64,000 bases of DNA. Origin: an uncultured Chloroflexia bacterium (GTDB lineage Bacteria > Chloroflexota > Limnocylindria > Limnocylindrales > CSP1-4). The notes beneath the pieces are model-generated. The model was not told the origin of the DNA. It was given only the letters and a program-made list of their open reading frames with translations, and searched no databases. Made by a program: the position numbers and the translations under genes. The stretch lies in the NCBI GenBank assembly GCA_963736545.1, contig CAVTPA010000001.1, positions 1,665,660 to 1,729,659 of the forward strand, in the 5' to 3' direction. Positions 11,866 through 20,252 of this stretch are shown here, one piece after another. How positions within the stretch are numbered: the stretch's first letter is position 1; each line of letters opens with the position of its first letter.

Positions 11866-12566
11866 CGCTCGGCCGCGCGCTCGAGGCGCTCGAGGTCGGG
11901 GACGACGAGCGTGTCCTTCTCGATGCGGATGAGCCCCTCGGCAGCGAAGTCGGCGAGGAGGCGGTTCACCGTCTGGCGCGTCCCGCCGATCATCGCCGCC
12001 AGCTCCGACTGCGAGAACGGCCAGGAAAGGCGGACCTCGCCCTGCGCAGCAGGGTCGGCGTCGCGGGCCATCCGGACGATCCGCTGCGCCAGCCGGCCGG
12101 GCAGGTTGAGGAAGTGGAGCTCGCCGACGTGGTGCGTGAGGCGGCGCAGCTCTCCGACGACGCCGGCGAAGAGTGCCCGCCGGAGGTTCGGGTCCTCGTC
12201 GACGAGACGGTCGAAGGCCTCGCGACGGAGAACGAGCGCCTCCGTCGGCTCGAGGGCGACCGCTGTCGCCGAATGCTCCTCGCCGTCGAGGAGGGCGAGC
12301 TCGCCGAAGAAGTCGCCGGGCCCGAGCGTCGCGATGATCGCCCCCTCCTCGCCCTCGGGGTCCGGGAGGACGATCTTGACGGCGCCGCTCTCGATCACGT
12401 AGAGCGAGTCGCCGGGGTCCCCCTGGTGGAAGATCGTCTCGTTCCGACGGTAGCGCCGTCCGCGCAGCGAGCCCAGGCAGCGGGCGAGCGAGTCGTCGTC
12501 GACGCGTGAAAAGAGCATGCAGCGCCTGAGCGCCGCCGCGGCGTCAGCCCGTTGATCGGCCGCCAC
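11862..12566 (-). CDS. Crp/Fnr-family transcriptional regulator
   Basis: cNMP-binding fold (IFHQGDPGDSLYVIESGAVKI, FGELALL) plus a C-terminal HTH (RQTVNRLLADFAAEGLI). AGGAGGG lies 5 nt upstream of GTG 12566. Confidence 0.85.
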   Translation of the reverse strand: MAADQRADAAAALRRCMLFSRVDDDSLARCLGSLRGRRYRRNETIFHQGDPGDSLYVIESGAVKIVLPDPEGEEGAIIATLGPGDFFGELALLDGEEHSATAVALEPTEALVLRREAFDRLVDEDPNLRRALFAGVVGELRRLTHHVGELHFLNLPGRLAQRIVRMARDADPAAQGEVRLSWPFSQSELAAMIGGTRQTVNRLLADFAAEGLIRIEKDTLVVPDLERLERAAER

Positions 12567-12726
12567 TCCAACCCTCCTGGGTCATCCGGGTCGCATCGAT
12601 GCGCCGAATGCTACGGGCGGCAGGTCCACATCGCAATGCGTGAACGGCAACGGACGCACGCGACGAGGGCGGGCCCCCCGACCCGCCCCCGTCCAGGTGC
12701 GTGCTCGATCGGCGAAGGGTCGGGGC

Positions 12727-13428
12727 TCAGCCCTTGCGGGGATCCGACTTCTTCGTGTCGTTGACCAGGTTGCTCCGGGAGGTGGCCCGACGGATGTCGG
12801 CCTCCTTCGCCCTGGCCAGGTCACGGGCCAGCACCGGGTTCATCGTCCCGATCATGTGGCCCTCGACGTCGTCCTCGGTGGCGCGCGAGCTGATGACGCC
12901 CTCGGGCGCCTTCGAGCTGATCACGCCTTCCGGAGCCTTCGAGCTGATGACGCCTTCCGGCGCCCTCGAGCTGATGACGTGGCCCTCGACGTCGTCCTCG
13001 GTGGCGCGCGAGCTGATGACGCCCTCGGGCGCCTTCGAGCTGATCACGCCTTCCGGAGCCTTCGAGCTGATGACGCCTTCCGGCGCCCTCGAGCTGATGA
13101 CGTGGCCCTCGACGTCGTCCTCGGTGGCGCGCGAGCTGATGACGCCCTCGGGCGCCTTCGAGCTGATCACGCCTTCCGGAGCCTTCGAGCTGATGACGCC
13201 TTCCGGCGCCCTCGAGCTGATGACGTGGCCCTCGACGTCGTCCTCGGTGGCGCGCGAGCTGATGACGCCCTCGGGCGCCTTCGAGCTGATCACGCCGTCG
13301 GGACCCTTCGAGCTGATGACGCCTTCCGGCGCCTTCGCCAGCCGATGGCCCTCGACGTCGTCCTCGATCGCCTTCGGGTCATACCGCTGGAACACCCCTT
13401 CGGTGTCCATCTTCTTGTTCGTCGCCAT
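12727..13428 (-). CDS. hypothetical tandem-repeat protein (41-aa units built from 9-aa APEGVISS[KR] sub-repeats and EDDVEGH motifs)
   Basis: AGGAGG lies 8 nt upstream of ATG 13428. Third-position G+C is near 100 % on this strand. No signal peptide or TM helix. Confidence 0.6.
   Translation of the reverse strand: MATNKKMDTEGVFQRYDPKAIEDDVEGHRLAKAPEGVISSKGPDGVISSKAPEGVISSRATEDDVEGHVISSRAPEGVISSKAPEGVISSKAPEGVISSRATEDDVEGHVISSRAPEGVISSKAPEGVISSKAPEGVISSRATEDDVEGHVISSRAPEGVISSKAPEGVISSKAPEGVISSRATEDDVEGHMIGTMNPVLARDLARAKEADIRRATSRSNLVNDTKKSDPRKG
12856..13347. repeat. 123-bp tandem repeat: three identical copies (12856, 12979, 13102) plus one 120-bp diverged copy (13225)
   Basis: Read directly. 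Each unit contains three 27-nt sub-repeats (GAGCTGAT[GC]ACGCC...). Confidence 0.95.
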
Positions 13429-13531
13429 GGGGACCGTCCTCCTGCAGATCGAGCCAACCGGTGCACGACCGGTCAAGGGATGATGAGCGCGCGGCGACGG
13501 AAGGTAAAGGGGACGGTGCGACCGGTGAGGT

Positions 13532-13548
13532 GTCGCCTGGGCGACAGC
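13532..13548. promoter_or_regulatory. 17-nt element GTCGCCTGGGCGACAGC (palindromic core) about 100 nt upstream of the repeat-protein gene; identical copy at 14713-14729
   Basis: Exact 17/17 match between the two sites, both upstream of minus-strand genes. Confidence 0.3.
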
Positions 13549-13626
13549 TTCCGCACGGCGGGCGGCACGGCGTCTCGGACCTGAGGTGCCGGGACGAGGG
13601 GCGGGCCCCACGGTCGGGGCCGGCGG

Positions 13627-14034
13627 TCAGGGTCGCTGAACGGGCCGGATCGGGAAGACCCCGATGATCGTGGGGCTCACCGGGTCGAGCAGCAGCTCGT
13701 AGCCGACGTCGCCCTGGCGAATGAGCTCGCCGAGAAGCCCGCCCTCGCGAGTCGGCAGCCCGACGAACAGGCGCTTGCCGTGCACGTCGACGGGCGAGAC
13801 GTCGTCATCGGCGCCATTCAGGCCGAACCGACGCCGCAGCTCGTGGAGCGGCACGTAGGGGCGGCTCTTGATGAACCGTCGCAGCTGCGCCTGCGTACAG
13901 ACCGGTTGGGCATCGCTCCCGTCGGCGCCGCCGGCTCGCGCCGGGTCGGTCGCCGGGGCGGTCGGCGGCAGTGGGCGGGCGCCTTCATCCCCCCCGATCG
14001 GGCGGGACTCTGGCTGCAGGGCGGGCTCGGTCAT
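13627..14034 (-). CDS. hypothetical protein (disordered N-terminus and a compact C-terminal domain, possibly winged-helix-like)
   Basis: ATG 14034. The C-terminal 90 aa (QLRRFIKSRPYVPLHELRRRFGL...) have clean codon bias. The fold assignment is a guess. Confidence 0.4.
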   Translation of the reverse strand: MTEPALQPESRPIGGDEGARPLPPTAPATDPARAGGADGSDAQPVCTQAQLRRFIKSRPYVPLHELRRRFGLNGADDDVSPVDVHGKRLFVGLPTREGGLLGELIRQGDVGYELLLDPVSPTIIGVFPIRPVQRP

Positions 14035-14251
14035 GGATGGCAGCTCCGCGGCCCATGGCCGCGCACGTTCGAGGTCGGATGGCGGGCCGGGGACCCGCCG
14101 GTTGCGATCGATCATACCCCCGGCCCAGCGACGGTGCCGCCCGGGCGTTCGACTGCCGGGAGGCCGGCTTCCGGGTGCCCACGCACGACGCCGCCGCCCC
14201 GGAGGGCGGCGGCGCTGGAGCGCGTCGGGAGGGGCGGCGACGAGCCGGATG

Positions 14252-14557
14252 TCAGGCCCGGTGATGGCCGATGGCCGCCCGGTGGAAGTGCGCGTGCCGG
14301 AGCTGAACCGCCGCCCCGGCAACCCGGTGACCGGCGGCGCGGACGCGGTTCGCGGCGGCATGGCCGGCGGCGGAGGCCGACCGGCGCACGGCGGCGACAC
14401 GCAGCGCTGCGGCCGCGCGCACCCGCCCGGCCAGGACCGCGGGCCAAGATGCGCGGGCACCGCGGGCGTCGGCCTCGAGCGCGTTGGCGCGAGCTTCGGC
14501 AAGGTGATCGTCGATTCGGCCGGTGTTCTGCATCTCGACCGTGTAGTTGTTCCACAT
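14252..14557 (-). CDS. small ORF A (101 aa), member of a 3-copy paralogous sORF family in this window
   Basis: AAGGGAGAG Shine-Dalgarno 6 nt upstream of ATG 14557. The N-terminus MWNNYTVEMQNTGRIDDHLAEARANALEADA aligns with sORF C. Confidence 0.35.
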   Translation of the reverse strand: MWNNYTVEMQNTGRIDDHLAEARANALEADARGARASWPAVLAGRVRAAAALRVAAVRRSASAAGHAAANRVRAAGHRVAGAAVQLRHAHFHRAAIGHHRA

Positions 14558-14712
14558 CGGAGTCTCTCCCTTCGCGCTCCGGGCCCCAGTGCGTCCCCAC
14601 CCGGAGGCGCGGCCATCGTGCGCCCGACGGACGATGGAGCGGTAGCAGGAACGAGACCCCCGCGATGCCGCTCTCACGCCCTCCGGTGGGTCGCCGGGTC
14701 GCCGCGCGGAGC

Positions 14713-14729
14713 GTCGCCTGGGCGACAGC
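14713..14729. promoter_or_regulatory. second copy of GTCGCCTGGGCGACAGC, about 155 nt upstream of sORF A
   Basis: Exact match to 13532-13548. Confidence 0.3.
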
Positions 14730-14808
14730 CCGAGGGTCGGGCGTGCGACGTCGGCAGCGGCGGTCCGCGGGGGCGCCGTGACAGGCAGCCCCGGTGCGCG
14801 GGCGATCG

Positions 14809-15297
14809 CTAGCCCCGGCGATCGGGCGGCCAGGTCCCCATCACCTGGCGGAGAATCGCGAACTCGCCGACGTGGTACGCGGTGTGGTCGGCGACGAGGC
14901 GGATCTCGCGGAGGAGGGTGTGCCCCGGCGTGCCGGGGATCGGAGCGAGGAGGTCCGTTGCCGGGTCGGCCACGATGGCGCGGAGTGCCTCCTGGTCTGC
15001 CCGGATCCCCTCCAGCGTGGCGGAGAGGTCGGCCGCCGTCGCCGTCGCGTCGGGCGCGGGCCAGTACTCCTCGGGCCAGCTCGGCTCCAGGTACGCTCGG
15101 TTCGTGACGTACTCGAGGATGTCGTGCTGGGCGATCCGGATGTGCTCGAGCAGGTGCCACGGGGTGTACGAGACGTTCGGCGGGCGCATGTTGATGGCGT
15201 TCTCCGGGAAGGCGGCGACTGCCTCCTCGAGCGGCATGTGGGCGCCGTTGCCTGCCAGCAGCTCGAGGACCTGTTCGCGAAGGTGATCGACGGTCAT
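14809..15297 (-). CDS. DinB-family (DinB_2-like) four-helix-bundle protein
   Basis: 162 aa with His-containing helices (WHLLEHIRIAQHD, ADHTAYHVGE). ATGA overlap with the upstream cyclase gene. Confidence 0.75.
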   Translation of the reverse strand: MTVDHLREQVLELLAGNGAHMPLEEAVAAFPENAINMRPPNVSYTPWHLLEHIRIAQHDILEYVTNRAYLEPSWPEEYWPAPDATATAADLSATLEGIRADQEALRAIVADPATDLLAPIPGTPGHTLLREIRLVADHTAYHVGEFAILRQVMGTWPPDRRG

Positions 15298-18200
15298 CGC
15301 GGGTGTACCTCCAGGAAGAGCGTCGCGCCGCACGATCGAAGGATCTCCGACCCGCGCGCGGCGAGCGTATCCCCGTCGTCGCCCAGGCGCCGTTCGACGG
15401 CCGCGAGGTCGAGCAGGCACCGGCCGAGATCCAGCCGCCGGCCGAGCGTCTCGAGCCGCACGGCGGCGTCCGCGAGGAGGGGCCGCGCCCGCGCGGGGTC
15501 GGGCTCGAGCAGGCCGTCGGCCCAGGCGAGGAACGCGCGCGGCGGGACGTTCGACGAGGCGAGCAGGGCGAGACGATCGCGCGCGAGATGAGCCTCTGCC
15601 GGCCGACCGGCCCGGACCGAGGCGGCCACGCACTCGAAGAGCAGGACCTGGCCGAACCAGACCGAGAGCCGCTCGTCGCGCACGCCGCGGTGCGCCGCCG
15701 CAAGGATCGCCGCAGCCTCGTCGTCGCGGCCCTCGCCCATCGCGACGTAGCCGTCGACGATCCCCGTCACCTCCTCCACGTACGGGACGGACGTGATGTC
15801 GACGTGCTCGAGGAGAGCCCGGTACTCGCCGATCTGCTTGCGTGCAGGTTGCACGTGGCCGCGCACGCAGGCTGCGATCGCCGCAACGGCCCAGGTCCAG
15901 GCCGCGTCGCGGGAGTCGCCGGAGGTGTCGGCGGCCTCGCGGGCCGCGAGCAGCGGGGCGTCGACCTCGTCGAGCCGGCCGATCTCCCGCAGCAGGTACC
16001 CCAGGTTGAGCTGCGCGCGCGCCAGCTTGACGAGATTCCCTGCCCGCCCGGCGACGTCGATCGCCTCGCGGTTCAGGGCCTCGGCGCGCGTGTAGTCGCC
16101 GCTCACCTCGACGGCGGCCGAGAGCACCGCCTCGAGAGCGTCGAGCAGCAACGCCAGATCGCCGGCCGCCCGCGCGATCGCGAGCGCCTCGTCGAAGAGG
16201 CGGATGGTCTCGTCGCCGCGCCGCCTGGCGTGGAGCGTCCAGCCCAGCGAGATCGCCGCCCGCGCCTCGGCGGGCCGGTCGCCGACGCGGCCCGCGATCG
16301 CCGTCGCGCGCCGCAGGAGCGGCTCGGCCCGGTCGAGGTCGCCGCGTTCGAGGTAATGGCGGCCGAGCACGTAGAGGGCGAACCCGAGGTCGGCGCCATC
16401 GCCGAGCGGCTCGAGCCGGGCGATCGCCCGCTTCGCCAGGCGCCGCGTCTCCGGGGCGCCCTCCTCCCAGGTGAGCGCGCTCGCGATCGAGGCCTCGACC
16501 CGCCCGACGTCCGCCTCCTGACCTGTCCGCTCGTACCGCAGGAGCGCCTCGTTCCAGGCACCGACGACGTCGGGGACCGTGGCGATCCCGTCGGACGCCA
16601 TCGCGTAGGACTCCCAGAGCGGCGCGAGCTCGGCGTCGTCCCGCCCGATCCGCGCACCGAGGTCGAGGGCCGATCGCAGCCAGCCGACTGCCTCGCGCTG
16701 CTGCCAGAGGCGTCGCGCCCGCTCCCCGGCCGTCCGCGTCCAGCGGAAGGCCTCTTGCTCGATCGCCGGCCGCTGACCGTTCGCTTCGCCGAGGTCGTCG
16801 AGCCATCGGAGTGCCTGGAGGTGGTGCGTCGCGAGCAGCTCGGCGATCTCGTCGCGGCGCTCCCCTACCTGGACCTCGGCCCAATGCGCGGTGACCACGT
16901 GCTTCGACGCCCGGAGCGCCTTCGGGAGCGAATCGTAGGCGACGTCCCGGACGAGGATGTGGTGGAACGCGAACTCGGCCTCGCCCGACAGGCGGGACTC
17001 GGCGTGGCGGGTGACGAGCCCCATCGTTTCGAGGACCCCGAGCACCGCCGGGATGCGGTCTCGGCCGTCCGCGCGAAGCTCCTCGAGCGCCCCGAGCCAG
17101 AACGTCCGGCCGACGACCGAGGCGTCCTGGAGGAGCGCCTTCTCCTCGGCCGTCAGCGCGTCGAGGCGGGCCGCAAGGAGACCCTGGATCGTGCGCGGCA
17201 CCTCGAGCGTCTCGATCGGCGCGTCGAGCTCGAGGCGCCCTTCCTCCCCATGCCGGACGACACCGCGGTCGACGAGCATCCGCACGATCTCCTCGCAATA
17301 GAGCGGGTTGCCGGCGCCGGCATCGAGGACGAGCCGGGACAGCGCGGAGGGCAGGTGAGCGGCCATGAGGTCGCGCACCAGCTCGTCCGCGTCCGCCTCG
17401 CTGAGTGGATCGAGACGTACGACCGTCGCCGGCCGACGTCGCCGGCCCCCGCCGGCGCCCCACGTCGCCCGTCGCTCGAGAAGGTCCGGCCGCGCGAGCG
17501 CGAGCAGGAGGATCGGTGCCGTCGCCCATGCCGCGACGTGCTCCAGGAAGTCGAGGAGGCCGTCGTCTCCCCAGTGAGCGTCCTCGACGACGAGCACCAG
17601 GGGCGCGGCCGTCGCCATCCGTTCCAGGATCCGGCGCCAGGCGTCGAAGAGATCCTCCCGGCCGAAGCGCTGCTCGCCGCCGGCCCCGACGAGCGCGAGG
17701 AGGTGCGGCAGGAGGTGCGAGCCGCCGAAGAGCCGGTGGAGGGCGTCGCGCGCGCGCAGCTCGACGATCGCCGGTGCGTCGTCGTCCCGCACCCCGCACT
17801 CCGCCTTCATCACCTCCGCGAGGGCCGAGTACGGGACGTTCCCGTACGCGACGCAGCGGCCCCGGCGGATGCTCACCCGACCGTCGCCGCGCAAGAGGCC
17901 TCCCAGGAACTCGTGGGCGAGGCGCGACTTGCCGATCCCCGCCGGACCGACGACCGTCACGAGCTGCGGCCGTCCGCTCGTCCGGGCGTCGGCGAGCGCC
18001 CCCGCCAGGATTGACAGCTCCGCGTCGCGGCCGACGAGGTGCGCCTGCAACCGCAGCGGAGTGCGCACTCCCCGGACCGTGGGGCGAGCCCGGACGGCGC
18101 GCCACGCCGGAACCGGAGCAGCCTTGCCCCGGAGGTCCAGCGGCGGCAGCGCGTCGTACTCGAACAGCTCCGCGGTCGCCGCGTGTGCCGAGGGGCCGAC

Positions 18201-18779
18201 GACGACCTGCCCCGGCCCGGCCGCCTGCTCCAGGCGGGCGGCCGTGTTGACCGCGTCCCCGGTCAGCATCCGGTGCCGCGCCCCTCCGACGCGGTCGACG
18301 TCCACGAGGATGGCGCCGGTCTCGATCCCGATCCGGAGTGCGAGCGGCGGCCGGCCCTCGCCCTCGAGCTCGCGGGCGAGGGCGCCGATCTCGGCCTGGA
18401 CGGCGAGCGCCGAGCGGATCGCCCGCTCGGGGTCGTCCTCGTGGGCGACGGGCACCCCGAAGACGGCGAGGATCGCGTCGCCGATGAACTTCTCCAGGAG
18501 CCCGCCGTGGCGCTCGATCTCGCGCTCCGCGCGCTCGAAGGCCCGCTCGAAGAGAGCCTGGACGACCTCCGGGTCCTCCCGCTCGGCGAGCGCCGTCGAG
18601 CCCGCGACGTCGGCAAACAGGGCGGTGGCGAGCTTGCGCTCCTTGCGGCTCGGGAGCCCGGGGCCGGTCGGCGCAACCGGGGCCGACCCCGACACCGCAC
18701 CGAGCGCGGCCCCGCAGGAGGCGCAGAAGCGTGCCGACTCCGGCGCCTCGATACCGCACGATCCGCAGGGGCGCGTCAC
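15294..18779 (-). CDS. zinc-ribbon + class III adenylate/guanylate cyclase + AAA/STAND ATPase + TPR multidomain protein
   Basis: N-terminal CGSCG..CASCG. Cyclase motifs ATALFADVAGST, FIGDAILAVFG, GDAVNTAARLE. Walker A GPAGIGKS. Long TPR-like C-terminus with no LuxR HTH. Confidence 0.9.
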   Translation of the reverse strand: MTRPCGSCGIEAPESARFCASCGAALGAVSGSAPVAPTGPGLPSRKERKLATALFADVAGSTALAEREDPEVVQALFERAFERAEREIERHGGLLEKFIGDAILAVFGVPVAHEDDPERAIRSALAVQAEIGALARELEGEGRPPLALRIGIETGAILVDVDRVGGARHRMLTGDAVNTAARLEQAAGPGQVVVGPSAHAATAELFEYDALPPLDLRGKAAPVPAWRAVRARPTVRGVRTPLRLQAHLVGRDAELSILAGALADARTSGRPQLVTVVGPAGIGKSRLAHEFLGGLLRGDGRVSIRRGRCVAYGNVPYSALAEVMKAECGVRDDDAPAIVELRARDALHRLFGGSHLLPHLLALVGAGGEQRFGREDLFDAWRRILERMATAAPLVLVVEDAHWGDDGLLDFLEHVAAWATAPILLLALARPDLLERRATWGAGGGRRRRPATVVRLDPLSEADADELVRDLMAAHLPSALSRLVLDAGAGNPLYCEEIVRMLVDRGVVRHGEEGRLELDAPIETLEVPRTIQGLLAARLDALTAEEKALLQDASVVGRTFWLGALEELRADGRDRIPAVLGVLETMGLVTRHAESRLSGEAEFAFHHILVRDVAYDSLPKALRASKHVVTAHWAEVQVGERRDEIAELLATHHLQALRWLDDLGEANGQRPAIEQEAFRWTRTAGERARRLWQQREAVGWLRSALDLGARIGRDDAELAPLWESYAMASDGIATVPDVVGAWNEALLRYERTGQEADVGRVEASIASALTWEEGAPETRRLAKRAIARLEPLGDGADLGFALYVLGRHYLERGDLDRAEPLLRRATAIAGRVGDRPAEARAAISLGWTLHARRRGDETIRLFDEALAIARAAGDLALLLDALEAVLSAAVEVSGDYTRAEALNREAIDVAGRAGNLVKLARAQLNLGYLLREIGRLDEVDAPLLAAREAADTSGDSRDAAWTWAVAAIAACVRGHVQPARKQIGEYRALLEHVDITSVPYVEEVTGIVDGYVAMGEGRDDEAAAILAAAHRGVRDERLSVWFGQVLLFECVAASVRAGRPAEAHLARDRLALLASSNVPPRAFLAWADGLLEPDPARARPLLADAAVRLETLGRRLDLGRCLLDLAAVERRLGDDGDTLAARGSEILRSCGATLFLEVHPR

Positions 18780-18804
18780 GCGGGTGGCCCCGGCGACCAG
18801 CGGG

Positions 18805-19263
18805 TCACCCCGCCGGGGCGGGTGCCATGGCTGGCGTCAGCACGCCCAAGGGCAGGAGCAGCTCGAGCTGGTCGAAGTACTCATGCACCTCCGTGGCGAG
18901 ATCATCGTCGCCGTATCTGTACGTGATGACGTACGGGAACGCGACCCGGGCGTTCGTCGGCGGGACGACGCCGCCGTCGGCGGTCGCCAGCGGCCCGGTG
19001 TGCGTGCCCGCGAACGTGAACTCGACACAGCCCCGGTCGCCGGCATGGAAGCTCCCGACGATCGTGACTCCGGCGTCGGGGAACGCGGCCAGGAGGCCGG
19101 CGACCCAGGCAACGCGAGCCGCGCGGCCGATGGCCGGGTCCGTCGAACCCGGCGAGTAGACGACGACGTCCGGGCTGAACATCCGGCCGTACGCCTCGAG
19201 GTCGCGGGCGTTCATCCCGTCGATCGCCTCGACGAGGAGCCGCTGCCGCCGCTCGATGCTCAT
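18805..19263 (-). CDS. SnoaL-like / NTF2-fold protein (ester-cyclase-like)
   Basis: 152 aa: MSIERRQRLLVEAIDGMNARDLEAYGRMFSPDVVVY.... Typical size and pattern. The rest of the track ORF (to 19845) is shadow. Confidence 0.65.
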   Translation of the reverse strand: MSIERRQRLLVEAIDGMNARDLEAYGRMFSPDVVVYSPGSTDPAIGRAARVAWVAGLLAAFPDAGVTIVGSFHAGDRGCVEFTFAGTHTGPLATADGGVVPPTNARVAFPYVITYRYGDDDLATEVHEYFDQLELLLPLGVLTPAMAPAPAG

Positions 19264-19292
19264 CTCCGGCCTCCCTTCGCGTGGGACAACGC

Positions 19293-19811
19293 CTACGGCC
19301 AGGGGTCGCCGCCGGCCTTGGCCATGAAGAGCTCCGTCCCGTAGGCCGTGCAGCCGACGTCGTCGCAGATCGTGACGCCCCGCTCGTAGTACCTGTGGCC
19401 GATCAGAGCCGCCCACTCGGGGGACGCCATCGTCACGAGGCCGCTGGCGCGGAACCCGCTGAACCTCGCCCAGTGGCCGACGTTGTAGCCGGCGAACCAG
19501 CCTCCCGTGTCCGGAAGGAACGTGAACTTCTCGAAGAAGTGCCAGGCCGCCGCCTTCGGGTTCCCGTAGCCGGGCGGATCCTCCCAGAAGGCGATCCGGC
19601 CGGGAACGTCGCCGGCAACGTGGCCGAACCAGCATCCGCTCGGGTCGACGACGGGCTGGGCTGAGTCGATCGGACATGGTCCGTACGTGGCCATGTCGAC
19701 GACGACGCCGCGGATCGGGGCAGCGGGGCTCGGGCTCGCGGCCACGACCGCTGGCGCGAGCGCCGTCAGCAGGAGCGCCGTGGAACACATGACGGCGATG
19801 GCTCGACGCAT
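19293..19811 (-). CDS. secreted hypothetical protein (signal peptide, 6 Cys, Trp/Gly-rich)
   Basis: GGAGGAGG Shine-Dalgarno upstream of ATG 19811. Signal peptide MRRAIAVMCSTALLLTALAPAVVAA. Confidence 0.6.
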   Translation of the reverse strand: MRRAIAVMCSTALLLTALAPAVVAASPSPAAPIRGVVVDMATYGPCPIDSAQPVVDPSGCWFGHVAGDVPGRIAFWEDPPGYGNPKAAAWHFFEKFTFLPDTGGWFAGYNVGHWARFSGFRASGLVTMASPEWAALIGHRYYERGVTICDDVGCTAYGTELFMAKAGGDPWP

Positions 19812-20021
19812 CTCGACCTCCTCCGGCGCAACGGCGCCGGTGCAACAGGTCGCGGGTCGGTCTCGCCAGTGGCTCGACGCGGTCCCGGCGGCCGGGTTCG
19901 GGCCGCGCATCATCGCCTCCCGTATGGCGCGAACCCTAGGCGCGCCCGAGCCGTGTGGCGAGAGTCGAACGGCCCCCAGCGCCGCCACCGGGGCCGAGGC
20001 CCATGGACGAGTCGTCCCGCC

Positions 20022-20252
20022 TCACGACCGGTGGCCCAGCCATGCGGGGCGGTGCGCGAGGCCGTGGCCGAGGGCGCGCAGCGCCAGGATCCCGGCATGC
20101 CCGATCGCCCCGGCCCGTGACGGACGCACCTCGGAGCGGCGCGGCTCGGCTTCGACGGACGGGCGCTCGGAGGTGCTGTCGCGGACGGCACGAGCGGCCT
20201 CGTGGCGATCCGCGATCAGGGAGTGAGCAAGCCTGGTCGTTCGGTCGTACAT
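20022..20252 (-). CDS. small ORF B (76 aa), paralogous sORF family
   Basis: GGAGA Shine-Dalgarno upstream of ATG 20252. N-terminus MYDRTTRLAHSLIADRHEAARA. Conserved CTGCTACCGC element upstream. Confidence 0.3.
   Translation of the reverse strand: MYDRTTRLAHSLIADRHEAARAVRDSTSERPSVEAEPRRSEVRPSRAGAIGHAGILALRALGHGLAHRPAWLGHRS

Noticed and set aside
12856-13347. Possible CRISPR array, because of the regular repeats.
   Set aside because: The units are contiguous with no unique spacers, are 123 bp long, lie inside a coding frame, and no cas genes are present.
12640-13584. Plus-strand ORFs (314 aa and 260 aa) running through the 123-bp repeat array.
   Set aside because: They have no Shine-Dalgarno and weaker third-position G+C than the minus-strand frame. 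Their repeats translate to ADDALGRLR-type or ELMTPSGAF-type strings. The minus-strand frame has AGGAGG-N8-ATG and near-perfect codon bias.
14809-18759. 1316-aa ORF on the minus strand, plus many other ORFs of 300-1400 aa in the track (for example 3922-6735, 35068-38568, 40504-44343, 41301-45521, 57900-61763).
   Set aside because: Their translations are Arg/Pro/Gly/Asp low-complexity with no motifs, and they overlap genes with clear family signatures in another frame. These are typical stop-codon-poor shadow ORFs of a >70 % G+C genome. Only their terminal segments (for example the DinB part of 14809-15297) are real.
7962-18779. Pycsar-like antiphage pair (nucleotide cyclase plus cNMP-binding transmembrane effector).
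   Set aside because: The cyclase and the MFS::cNMP-binding gene are 5.5 kb apart on opposite strands. The cyclase is a large STAND/TPR signalling protein of a housekeeping-type family, and the membrane part is a full 12-TM transporter rather than a small pore-forming effector.
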